Shown one piece after another: positions 53,282 to 64,000 of a DNA stretch of 64,000 nt (position 1 is its first letter; every line of letters starts with the position of its first letter). This DNA comes from Rhodosorus marinus CCMP1338 (taxonomy: Eukaryota > Plantae > Rhodophyta). The notes under the pieces are model-generated. The model was not told the origin of the DNA. It was given only the letters and a program-made list of their open reading frames with translations, and ran no database searches. Position numbers and translations under genes: made by a program. The stretch is taken from assembly GCA_029953675.1 (NCBI GenBank), contig JAMWBK010000001.1, positions 1,550,001-1,614,000 on the forward strand, written 5' to 3'.

Positions 53282-56200
53282 GTTGTCGAGGATTGGGGTT
53301 TTGTTTCTTTTTCGGTCGCGAGCGTGTTCGTTTACGGGAAGCGCTTCCTCTGGTACGCCTTCCCCTCGATTTTCCGCGGGGCGTCGTTTGCATTTGCAAC
53401 TACTTCTGTCTTCCGGGTGGGTGAGTTGCGGGGCCTTTCCTATTTGGGTTGGGTTTGGTCGATTATTCTCTCGGTGCGGTTTCATATTGGTGGTGCAACG
53501 TTTCCTTGGCGGATTCCCTCAGGATGGTAGGGATATCTCCGCACTCGACGGAGCCTTTTCCCAAGGAGGCACTGCCAGGTGGGGGACTCCGTGTTCGCCT
53601 CAGCTGCGGCACGTTTTCTTCCGAGGTTGACTTGGAAGGCGCTTCTGGCACCCAGGCGCGTTCACTTATCTCCGCTGTCACCAGCCTGATCACGGCTGCG
53701 AGTGATCGTGGAGTGCTCCCTCAGCTCACCCAGAAGCTAGGTGGGCTGGAATCGGGATTGCTGGCCAGGTCAAATTCAAATTCGGACGAGAATTTGAATT
53801 GCCCCAGAGTGGCAGCGTTGGCTGAAGGCAGTCAACATCCGGTCAATCAACATGAACCTGTCCCGGGACAGGCGAGGGCTGTTGCTTCTGCGCGGGACAG
53901 TACGACGTTGGGGAGCGGCAGGCCGGGCCAAAACGCGCTTCAGCGCTCGGGGACTCGAGGCAATGGTGGTGGTGACTGTGCGGCAACCGGTGTGGAGGAG
54001 ACTGCAGCTGTGGACTTCCCTCTCTTGGACCAGCCCTCAGGTCGTCACCAGCTCCCGGCTACTTCGGGGGCACGTGGTGGCCGCAAGGGGGCGCTTCGTA
54101 CGCATCAGTCTTGCGGAAGGGCACCACTGCCACACGTACGGCGGCTATGCTCCGTTTCATACCATCTCGCGAGCCTCAGGATGGACCTGTGGAGACCACT
54201 CTCCAATTTCTGTGGGTGCGAAATGTCCGGCCCCAGACTACACGAGGACAGGTCCCGTCTATGCGAGACTTCCGGGACACTTTTGCGGAATCGTTAGGGT
54301 GCAGCCGGGGTGATTTCTTCTTCGCAAACTATGAGGGCCGCGATGTGCTGTTTTTGGTCTCCGCAACCGCCGCCAAGTACCTGGAGGCCTTGCTGGCGAA
54401 GCCTACCGAGCAGTGGCCTGAGAGCGCCCGGTGGCTGCGCTGCAACCCGCAGGTGGTTTTGCACTTCGATTTTGACCGTTTCTCGGGCAATTTCCTGTCT
54501 CCGGGAGAAACGGCAGGGCTCTCTGAGCATGAGAGCAGCGTGAAGGCGGCAGCGATCCATTGGCTACGGATTCAGCGCCTTGAGAGGATCTTGTTGGCGC
54601 GGTTCCGGTCGGGCCCTCGTCACCTGCGCATGGCGGTTTCCAGTTTCTTCGATCTGGAGAGGCGACTTGTGCTGACTTCGCGCTACAAGACAGAGCTGCA
54701 GCGGGTGGGGATTTTGGAGGGCTCTGCTTCCAGCACTACTTCCAGCGAGAGTGGTGAGGCAGGGGAGCAGACTGAGGGCATGGCGGTGGAGGACGCCCAG
54801 GTTACTTTGCTGAAGCCCGCGGGATCCGTTCCGCGAGCCTCGCGGAGTGGGAGGCTCACGACTTTGGTGCGGATAGGAGGTAAGAGAGCGAGGACCGACT
54901 CCCCGGGTCTAAGGGGGAGAAGCACGATTAGCGCTCCAGGCACGGCTGCGAGGTCGCAGCCTATGGATCTACAGTCTTATGTCCTGAAGGAGGGCGGAGA
55001 CTGGGGCATTTGGCGTACGCGTTTTCGGAGTTGGCTCCGGCGGTGGATTTCTTTGGAAGGAGGCTCGCTTCCCCTCCGTGGGGGCATTCCCCAGTCGTCC
55101 TTCCTCGTGGAGACCTTCTGGTAGCTGGAACCATTCTCGATTTCATCTTCACGAGCCTGGCTCGCAACATTCGGGACACAGTCATTTGGGTTTTTCTGGG
55201 GTCATGCCGCGCATGATTCTGGCCCCCATTCACACATCGGAGCGCAGATGGCGAGTACGAGACCGACTGGCCCTGTTCTTGAAGGGAGACTTCGAAGTAC
55301 TACAGCGCAGCTATTTGGCGTCGTCAGCACCATCCGCCCGTCGGACTCGGCATGGCACAGTGTCGCCCGTGCCAGCTCGAGTACAGAAATTGGTAGCAGT
55401 GGGCGATTTAAGTCGAGCGGCGCGGGTTTTGGAGGGCCAGGCGCCTGTCCTCCCCTACGATGATAGTCTCGCCCAGACGGTGTCGTCTTTGTTCCCTGAG
55501 TCCGACGTGGATTTGTCCCCTGAATTCGAGGTATTCTTGGACCGTCCGGAGTTGGCCAGGTTTCGCATCGATCTGACGCTCAGTGAGTCTGACCTGGAGG
55601 ATTTGCTTCGTACCTCGCGTCGGGGACGCTGTCCTGGACCCTCCGGACTAAGAACAGAGCTATTGCAGGCCCTGAGCCAGCCTGGCCAGAGCGCGCTTCT
55701 GAGGATCCTTAACAAGTTGTTCCAGGGCGTATCGGGTGCGTCCGCGCCATGGGAACATCTCCGGCAGGCACAGCTTTGCTTGCTCACGAAACCTGACCAC
55801 CAGCCGGCCCACCCGCGTCTCCGGCCGATCGGGATGGTGGAGAGCCTACGGAAGTTAGCCGGGAGGTGGCTATGCCAGCGCCTTCGCCAGCGCGTCACAG
55901 CTTTTATGGCGCCCTTGCAAGTAGGGGTGGGATTTTCTGGGGGTTGCGAACTGATCACCCATGGGATCGAGCTAGAACGCGCCAGTAGGCCGGAGTGGGG
56001 AGTCTTGGTGGTTGATTTCCGGAACGCATTCAACAGCGTGTCGCGGACGCATGCGCTAGAGGTGCTCCGACGTGTGTTTCCGGAGGCGTGGCCGTTTCTA
56101 TCGGGTATTTACGGAGGGGAGAGCCTCCCCTACTTGACAACGGAGGGCACTGTTTTTCAAGCACATACTGGCGTCCAACAAGGCGACCCTTGCGGACCTC

Positions 56201-58076
56201 TTCTTCATGCCTGTGCCCTACAGCTCGTACTTTTACGTCTTTCGACTGAGGTCTCGGATCTTCGAATCTGCGCGTACCACGATGACGTAACATTGCTGGG
56301 CACCCCTGACACCCTGGCTAGGGGACTGACCGCGATCGAAGCGATTGCACGTCGCGTCGGTTTGACTGTGGAAACAGAAAAATGTCGCTTTCTCCCCCGA
56401 GGGACGTGTCGCTGAACTCTCTGCCACCCACTCTGCGACTAATCAGCGAACGTGAAGGGTTCGAACACCACGGCGTCGGATTGGGGACTGACAACTTTGT
56501 CCAAGCATCCTGCGAGCGAGTTTTGGCACGGCACAAGCAACTCACCGACGCCATTGAGCACCTACCCGACAGCATGCTGCAATCGGCCTGCTTGCTTTCC
56601 CGCTTTTGTGCCGGTCCCAGACTCAACTACTGGTTGCGCAGCCTGCCTCCAGCTTGGGGCTCGTGGATCGCGGCTAAAGCCGACGAAATGACCCTGCAAC
56701 ACTGGGGAACGCTCTTGGATGAGCCCCTCGATCTTGAAGCTGCTCCCGACAGGGACTTTATTCGTGCACAGATCGCTCTACCGTTGCGATTAGGGGATTC
56801 GGCGTCGCAGACCGTGGGCTGGTATGCTCGCCAGCGGCGGTTGCCTCCTGGGCTACCGCGCTGCGAACGTTGGTGACCTTCCGGATGCGAAGTGCCTGCC
56901 TCTTGGCTCGAGCTTTGACCAACGAGGATCCAGTGACCCTGCCGCCCCCGCTTTTGACAATTTATGATGGTCTTCAACACGCGTTCAGTTGGTGCAACGC
57001 CGTGCCGGACGCAAATCGGTCCCGCTTTCGTTCCTGGAGGGAGCTGTTATGGGGACGAGCTGAAGCGATTGAGGATTGTCCCCTCGACCGAGTTCTTGCC
57101 GATGACGGAGAGGCTAGCCCCGGGTCCCCTGTTGCAGACTACCCGGGTTTGAGCCGATTGTGGAGCTCCCGCACTGATGTGATTCAACATAGCCTCACCT
57201 GGGGCCAACACAGTGCCGCTCACACAGTCATGCTCAATTCTCCTCTCACGCCGCCTACCACTGCCGCTCGTCTCCGCGGCATGGGAGGCCACCTCTCGCA
57301 CTTGTGGTTAACCACTCTACCGTCGTCATTGAGTCATCGTCTCGATGCTTTCCAGTTCCGTTCTGCCGCACGCATCTATCTCGGTTTGCCACAGGCTCCG
57401 TGGCACTCTAATCGGCCGTCTTTCTGTCAGGGATGTGAGAGCCGGATTGACGCTTGTGGCTACCACTTCCTGGGTTCCTGCGGACTGTTGCGAGGTCTCC
57501 GTACGAGGCGTCACACTCGCCTCAAGTACATCCTCAGCGAATTTTTGACTCGGATAGGGCATACGGTTGAGGTTGAGTCGGAACTGCCCAGATCCATCTC
57601 GGACTCTGCACCGCCCCGTTGTATAGCCGATCTCCTCGTCTCCGACGCTGCTGCCAGACGCTCAACATATGTGGACCTTGCGATTACCTGCCCCGTGGCC
57701 AGCGCCCACCTCACCGCAGCCGCCCGCCGCCGGGGGGCCGCGGCTTCAGCCCTTCGAAGAGTTAAGGAACGACGGTATGCTGAGAGCATGGCCAGTCTGC
57801 CTTGCTGAGGGTCGCTCTCACCGGTTCCAGCCATTCATTGTGGAAAGCTTTGGTCACGTCGATAAGTCGGGTTTAGAGTGGTTGCGGAAATGTTTTGCTG
57901 AGCATCCTACTGAATATTTGGCGCTCTTGAGGCGTTTAAGTGTCTCCCTTTGGCGATATTCCAGCGACATGCTTTCCGAGGCGCGCCATCGGCGCCTGGG
58001 GTTGCATGCTTCCCTCCCTAGTTATTAGTTCATCTTCACGCCTTGCGTAGCGCTTCAGGCTATGCTAGTAAAGTCC
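53282..58076 (+). mobile_element. Full-length family A retrotransposon, copy A7 (ORF1 53524-54931, ORF2 54963-58028)
   Basis: Near-identical to A5; all frame breaks I located are 1-2 bp contractions in simple runs. Confidence 0.96.
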
Positions 58077-58131
58077 AGTCAACCCGCGAAGCCAAGGAGC
58101 GGAGACGATCATAAGCGAGCGCTAGAGTATC
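58077..58131 (-). mobile_element. 55-bp internal fragment of family B RT
   Basis: AGTCAACCCGCGAAGCCAAGGAGCGGAGACGATCATAAGCGAGCGCTAGAGTATC matches about 47648-47702. Confidence 0.9.
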
Positions 58132-58256
58132 CATCAACCAGAGCAAGGTAGACCCTAGGTATAGTGTATATCCGCTATGGTACCAATATTGTCTTCTACT
58201 TCTACGAAAGGCTTTTACCCCTGTGGTGAAGGCCGTATACCCTTGACCTTTCAACA

Positions 58257-61200
58257 TAGTGCATGGGGTCCGGGTACGAATAAAGGAAGGCAACGATGTT
58301 TGGGAAAAGGTCACAACAGAGGTCAATTTTCTACATGGTCTCATCGCTTAGTCCGACCAAAAATACCTTTGAATGATGGAAACCAGAGGGGGTTTCGCTG
58401 AGAGGGATCACCCAAGTATTGATCTGAAGTTACCCCCAGTATTTACGGGGGGGAGGAATCCCGAAATGCCTTCGGGCAGTGGAAATACCAGTTACAGACG
58501 TTTCTCCGGCTCAAGGAAGCAGCAAACGTACTAGTGGACGGCAGGGGAGTCGACAACAAAGACGCAGAATATGTGTCTGCTGTCCTAGGGCGGGTTCTGG
58601 CGGGGCAAGCGCTTGATATAGTCATCGGCGCAGGGGAAAACCGAAGGACCAATGGGATCATCTTCGCGAAATATACGACACGATGGCAATAAGAAACGCG
58701 GACAGCGTTTGGGCCCGTGTTCACCGACGCAAGATGAGGCCAACAGAAAGCGCTCCCGCGCTAACTTCGTGGCTAGACAAGGAGTTCGCCGAGACACGAG
58801 AAATCTCTGGCGAGACTCCGAAGGACTCTGAGAGGTTAAGAGTGATGAGAAAAATCCTTGAGGACCGGCTAGAATTCTAGGATTTCCTCTTTAACACGTG
58901 GACAGATCCTAACCTCTCGTGGGCGATGTTGTGCAGGAACCTCGAAGAGTACACAGGAAGTTGGCAAGAACGCCAATAGGAGGAACCCAAATCCAAAGAG
59001 AGGCGCATGGGAGGGAAACCCCTGATGGCCGCGACCCAAGCGACCAGGAAGACGCACAAGTTCAGGTGATACAATTGCGGCTCACGGGGACCACTTCAAG
59101 ATTACATGTCCAGAACCTGAAGAGCCAAAGAAATTCCATGCCAGCATCGTCAGAGACGCGGAAGGCTCAACACTCTTCTTCCTCGTGCCACCGACCACGT
59201 ATGCGTCGATAAGGAGGCGTTCAGGACCCTCACAACAATCCCGAAGGTCGGAATCACCCTCGGAGACGGGAGAGAAAAGGGAGCTAGACGCAAGAGGAGC
59301 AAGTGGATCTCCATACGTAATATAGAACTCTGCTGACGCTCAACAACACCTATTACCTGAAAGGCGGTGCAAAGAACGTGATTAGCTTGAGCAGGCTAAT
59401 GGAAAAGGGCCTCAAAATTAGCAGCACGAGTCGCGCAGTTTTAGAAATCAGTAAAGAAGGAACGAAAGTTTTGACATGTTACTTGAAACGGGGCCTCTTA
59501 GTAACTAATTTACGGGCTACAAAGAAACACCTCTCGGTTATCGGGCGAAATACTACATCCCTCGTGACTTGGGACAGAAGGTTAGCACCCCCAAACTCAT
59601 AGGCAATAGTAATTTGATGAGGACAGGAGAGATAAGCACAGATGAGAGCCTTCCAACCCCTTCGACTGCGCAGATATCCTGAAGGCGAAAATGACCGCGA
59701 AGCAGACTTCTAGACACCTACGCCACACGGAAGTTTCGGTCAGAGCCTGCATTCAGACACTGCAGGGCCATTCCCGGAAGGAGTACAAAAGGAGAGATAC
59801 CTCGTGGTCTTCATCGATGAGGCACGCGGATGGTTAGGAGTTTACCCGCTGCAAAGACGAAATATGGTCGACGATGCGTTCAAGGAGCACATCATGTACC
59901 TGCAACTCCAGATGGGAGCGAAGGTGAAGAGGCTGAAGTCCGACAACGCAAAGGAGTCCGAATCGATGCCATACACCCGGAAGGAGTTAAGCATTGCATA
60001 GGACCCATCCGCCCCATACACGCCTGCCAGCAAAGGGATAGCAGAAAGGATGGTCAGAACGGTCACCGAAAGGATCAGGGCCTGTTTCTACGACAGCGGC
60101 TTACTGAATTGCTTCTGGACGGAAACGTAGGAGGGAGTGACTAGAGGACTGAACTCGACACCAAGAGCGTCCCTTGGACACACAACCCCCCCCCTCCCCG
60201 AGTACGCCCTGGGAACGAAGCCGAGTTTACAAAATCTATACACATTCGGGGCAGAGATCTCCTTCAAAAATGAAGGGAAAACTGCCGAAACTTGCACCCA
60301 GGGCAGCGTCCGGAATTCTCCAGCGCCCGTGTAGCGAAAGTATACTTGCCAACCCAAGACAAGTTCATACATACGCGAAATTGGAGTATACAGGAAGAGC
60401 AACGTCCTGCGAAAGCTCAGAAGCTCCGCGAGCCTATCAACGAATGTCCCGAATCAACGGAGGAACCAGAGAGGGCACAAACGAGAAGAAAACACCATAA
60501 CCCTGAACTGGCTCCGAAAGGGAGATTCCATGTACGACGTACCGGAGCCACCGACATGAGGTGAAGCAATTGGCCGTCCATACGCGAAGAGTGGAAGAGA
60601 GCAGCCGTTGAAGAAATTGGCTCCCGGAGAGAAAAGGGAACGTGGCAATTAATCTCAAAAGACGAAGCGCCCAAGTGCTTTCAAAGGTAGTGTTTCGGGT
60701 GAAAACCGGTTGTGATGGAGCTGTGACAAAACTCAAAAGTAAGAATTGTCGCTAGGGGATTTAGGCAAGGAGAAGGCGTCGACTACGGTGAAGTATTTTC
60801 GCCCACAGCTGACTTCTCTAGTGTCAGAGTATCACTGAGTATAGCGGCGACTGAAGACCTTGAAGTGGAACAGGCAGATGTCACTACAGCCTACCTGAAC
60901 GAGACACTGGAGGAGGAACTTTTTATGTATATCAGCCATGTGGGCTAGAAGCACCAGGAAACGCTGATAAGATATGCAAACTGAAGAAAAGCCTCTACGT
61001 TCGAGGCAGTCGGGGAGGGCTGGCACGAGCAACTGAAAGCCGAACTTGAGGCAGACGGGTTCGACGCCTTGAGAACGGACAGCTGCGTTTACAAGCGGGG
61101 AACGCTCATCCTTGCAGTTTACGTGGATGATATGCTGATCATTGGAAACATTTACGAGCGACGCGCGGGAAGCCAAGGAAACGCTAAGGTCGTTGTACAA

Positions 61201-62200
61201 GGTAAAAATGTTGGGTAAGGACACGGCACCTCCCCGCTGTATCGCAGATCTCCTCGTCTCCGACGCAGCCGTCAGACGCTCAGCATATGTTGACCTCGCG
61301 ATTACATGCCCTGTGGCAAGCGCCCATCTCACGGCTGCCGCCCGCCGCCGGGGAGCCGCGGCTTCGGCCCTTCGCCGCGTGAAGGAACGACGATATGCTG
61401 AGAGTATGGCCAGTCTGCCTCACGCTGCGGGTTGCTCCCACCGGTTCCAGCCTTTCATTGTGGCTCTGGTCTCGTGGAGAAGTCGGGTTTGGAGTGGTTG
61501 CGGAAATGTTTTACTGAGCATCCTGTTCAATACTTGGAACTTTTGCGGCGTTTAAGTGTCTCTCTGTGGCGATATTCGAGTAGCATGCTTGCCGAAGCGC
61601 GCCATAGGCGCCTGGGTTTGCACGCTTCCCTAACTAGTTCTTATTTCCTTTTCACGCCTTGCGTAGCGCTTCAGGCTATGCTAATAAAGCCAGGTAGATG
61701 AATATCTCGTCGTCAAGATACAACGAGACCGAAGGAAACGCGAAATCTACCCCGGGCAGACAGGATATGTCAAAGACATCGTCAAGACGTATGGAATGTT
61801 AGGATGCAAGCCCCTATCCACACCAATCATCATGACGTCTAAATCCGTTGCGGAAGAAGTCACCGAGACGACGCAAGAACCTTTTCAAGAACTGGTTGGG
61901 TCGCTCCTATACCTCAGCACCAGAACGCGGCCCGACATAGCCTATGCCGTTGGACAATGTGCAAGGAAGATGATAAGTTTTAGGTCCTGAGACAACAAAA
62001 AAGCCATAAAAATTGTCAAGTATCTCCAAGGTACAAGGGATCTAGCATTGCGGTTGGGTGGAGAGAGTGTGAACGGCACAAAGTACCAGGTGACAGGGTA
62101 TTCTGACTCAACTTGGGCTGACGGCAAGGTCGATCGAAGGAGCACTAGCGGGATGCTGGTCACTCTGACACATCAACCGTGCTGTACGGGTCGTGGAGGC
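58257..62200 (+). mobile_element. Decayed Ty1/copia element, copy 2 (gag, protease, integrase, RT, RNase H)
   Basis: VFIDEARGW..KRLKSDNAKE integrase; RGFRQGEGVDYGEVFSP, EQADVTTAYLN, AVYVDDMLI RT; ELVGSLLYLSTRTRPDIAYAV and GYSDSTWA..RRSTSG RNase H. Domain order IN-RT-RH. Confidence 0.92.
61221..61691 (+). mobile_element. A' 3' fragment inserted in the copia RT
   Basis: Removing it with one AGG copy (61218-61220 / 61692-61694) restores ATG TTG GGT AAG GTA GAT GAA TAT (MLGKVDEY). Confidence 0.85.
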
Positions 62201-62300
62201 AGCGCTCAACCGCGCAATCGACAACCGAACACAGTCTTTCAGAGCTACTAAGGTACAGATGGCGCGGTGAAAGGAATCTGCCCGGCGTTGCAACTTCAGG

Positions 62301-62660
62301 ATGCCAGCGCGGCAACACCCGCAGTACGACGAGGTTAAGGGCAAGCTGATCTGCAAGCATTACGACTTACCGGTAAGAAACAAAGTTGAGCACCTCAAGA
62401 AGCACCTGCAGAAGTGCGATCGGTACATGATCGCAGATGACGCTCCCACGGGCAGCAGACGATCCGGTTCAACTCCAGAGTCCGGCCGTTCAAGCGTCGC
62501 TTCGAAAAGCGGAAAGCGCGAGGGAGCAGACATAAGTGACGATTGTCCGACGATTAAGAAAGGAAAGCAAGCAGAAGAGCTCGACGTTAAGCTCGCGAGG
62601 ATTATGGCGGAAAGAAACCTACCGTTTCGGCTGGTTGAAGACCCAGAGGTGCGAAGGTAG
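62301..62660 (+). pseudogene. hAT-type transposase N-terminal fragment (degenerate BED zinc finger)
   Basis: LICKHYDLPVRNKVEHLKKHLQKC (one Cys lost) and ..IMAERNLPFRLVEDPEVRR, the typical hAT LPF..VE motif; ends in a stop. Confidence 0.7.
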
Positions 62661-63589
62661 GTTTGAGAACTCGTACTCGGGCTAGTCGCGTCCAGTATTC
62701 TGTGCAACAGGCGCTGAGTTTCACAGTGTTTTTTCCAGTTTCTTTAAGATCTTAGGATATCGGCTACCCAAAAGGAGAGATATCCCGGAGCTGATCGAGC
62801 TCAAGTAGCTCTTCTATCCATACCATGTGGATCCCTTGTCCAATTCGAAATACTCCTTGAACCCTCAGCTTTAAGACGGTAGGGGGAGGTGCTAAGGCTT
62901 TGTAGAGGCTTCTATAGATGCTTCACCTCCTCCGCAGAACTGCTTCCCCATCCTGTCAATGGACCGTTTTCCAATCCCCCAAGCTTCCCTCACTGTTGTT
63001 CTTGGTCTGCGGCGCTCCCCTCAAAGTAGGATTCTGAAAATCAAAAACCCACCATTGCCCTCGAAAACAGATGCATTTTCCAGTTACCCACTAAAAACCG
63101 GGACAGTCATTAAAATTTCATTGCCCACCAACCAAATATTCGACGGTCGCCTATTGCACACTTATATTGCCCACTTATTACCCGCTTATTGCCCGGGCCC
63201 TCCTTAAACCCGTCTGTTTCCGCAAGTATACCCACTTCTGTAACCCCAGACTATCGTAAGCAGCCAAAAACCCAACCCACTTGGCACAGCCCTACGCAAA
63301 ACATACCCTACCAACCCCCTGTCCAGGGATCTCATCTAAAAGCTAAAGTCTATCTAAACGAAATATTGGGAGATCATCGGGATCTTTCTCTAGTCCGGTT
63401 CAACTGTGCGCTGGAGAGATGTGCTTCTCGGTCATGTAGGTGCTTAGGCGCTGCCTGAAGAAATTCCACCCCGGCCTTACCCAGCCTTCCATACGTCTCT
63501 GGCAACGAACGGACTAGGATCACATCTTGTAACAGCGAACACTGTACTAAAGGAGTCCCTATTGTAGCCGGTGAGGAGGAAATAAGGAG

Positions 63590-64000
63590 TCTATCTATGC
63601 GTTAAAAAACCCTGAGTTGTGTGGCTACGTTCTACTACAGGGATGATCTCATAGTTCGTTTCGCAATTAGGGGCGCCGGCGTGGCAAGTAGTGCATTCCG
63701 TTTTCCACGAGGACCGGTTGAGTGTCGCGCGTACGTCGCTGACTTGTGTCGATAGGTGCTGCAAGTGCACAGTCACGTCTTTCAAGAATTCATCAGCTTG
63801 CTCACCCATCCTACCGAACGTCCCCACCCAGAAGGGCACGAAAAGGTCGTCATTGTGGCTCCGATCGCATCCCGGTATTTGGACTCTAAACTCTCGGTCT
63901 TGTTCGCAGATGATTCCCAGGACGCTTTGTGTAGGTAGGCCTTTAGCAGCGGCGAGGTCACTTTGACGTCGATCACGTACAACTTCCTGGTCCGAGGATC
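63590..64000 (-). mobile_element. 3' fragment of another RLE family (D), running off the window
   Basis: YVIDVKVTSP..ANKTESLESKYRDAIG and PFWVGTFGRMGEQADEFLK fit the RLE C-terminus pattern; frameshifted. Confidence 0.65.

Noticed and set aside
62301-62660. Fanzor/TnpB or other RNA-guided nuclease
   Set aside because: No RuvC motifs here or in any other ORF of the track; this peptide fits a hAT N-terminus.
62750-63550. Short ORFs in the unique-looking DNA near the window end
   Set aside because: Under 90 aa, non-ATG starts and no motifs.

Overview
Eukaryotic, GC-rich, apparently intron-poor DNA in which most of the window is nested retrotransposon debris. The dominant elements are non-LTR retrotransposons with a C-terminal restriction-like endonuclease (RLE) and CRE-clade-like RT motifs. 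Family A has three full-length ~4.6-4.8 kb copies (444-5030 +, 29090-33911 -, 53282-58076 +) and many 5'-truncated 3' ends with (AGTAAAGTCC)n-type tails. Family B has one full-length copy (45925-50760 -) and many fragments with (TTCG)n/(ATTC)n tails. Fragments of further RLE lineages are also present (called C, D, E here). A and B both carry two ORFs: a shared ORF1 of about 430-470 aa that I cannot assign (starts MVG[IV]SP, possible RRM-like core), and an ORF2 with RT (YHDD), CCHC knuckle and RLE but no N-terminal zinc-finger/Myb module. The junctions record unusual retrotransposition chemistry: two elements inside one TSD, 3'-end sequence stacked upstream of 5' ends, tail-only insertions of 13-56 bp with TSDs, a perfect 3'-end fold-back, and a covarying 3' stem-loop. 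Other content: two decayed Ty1/copia copies sharing an apparent gene-conversion tract, a copia LTR with a half-tRNA-iMet PBS, two Ty3/gypsy remnants, a hAT/BED fragment, two tandem tRNA-Lys(CTT)-like units hit by both A and B, and a 236-bp inverted duplication. Four intact-looking intronless host genes remain: a DUF4246-like protein and three predicted secreted Cys-rich proteins. The organism cannot be determined from this window; a unicellular alga or protist is a guess. All alignments and counts were done by eye and no databases were searched.
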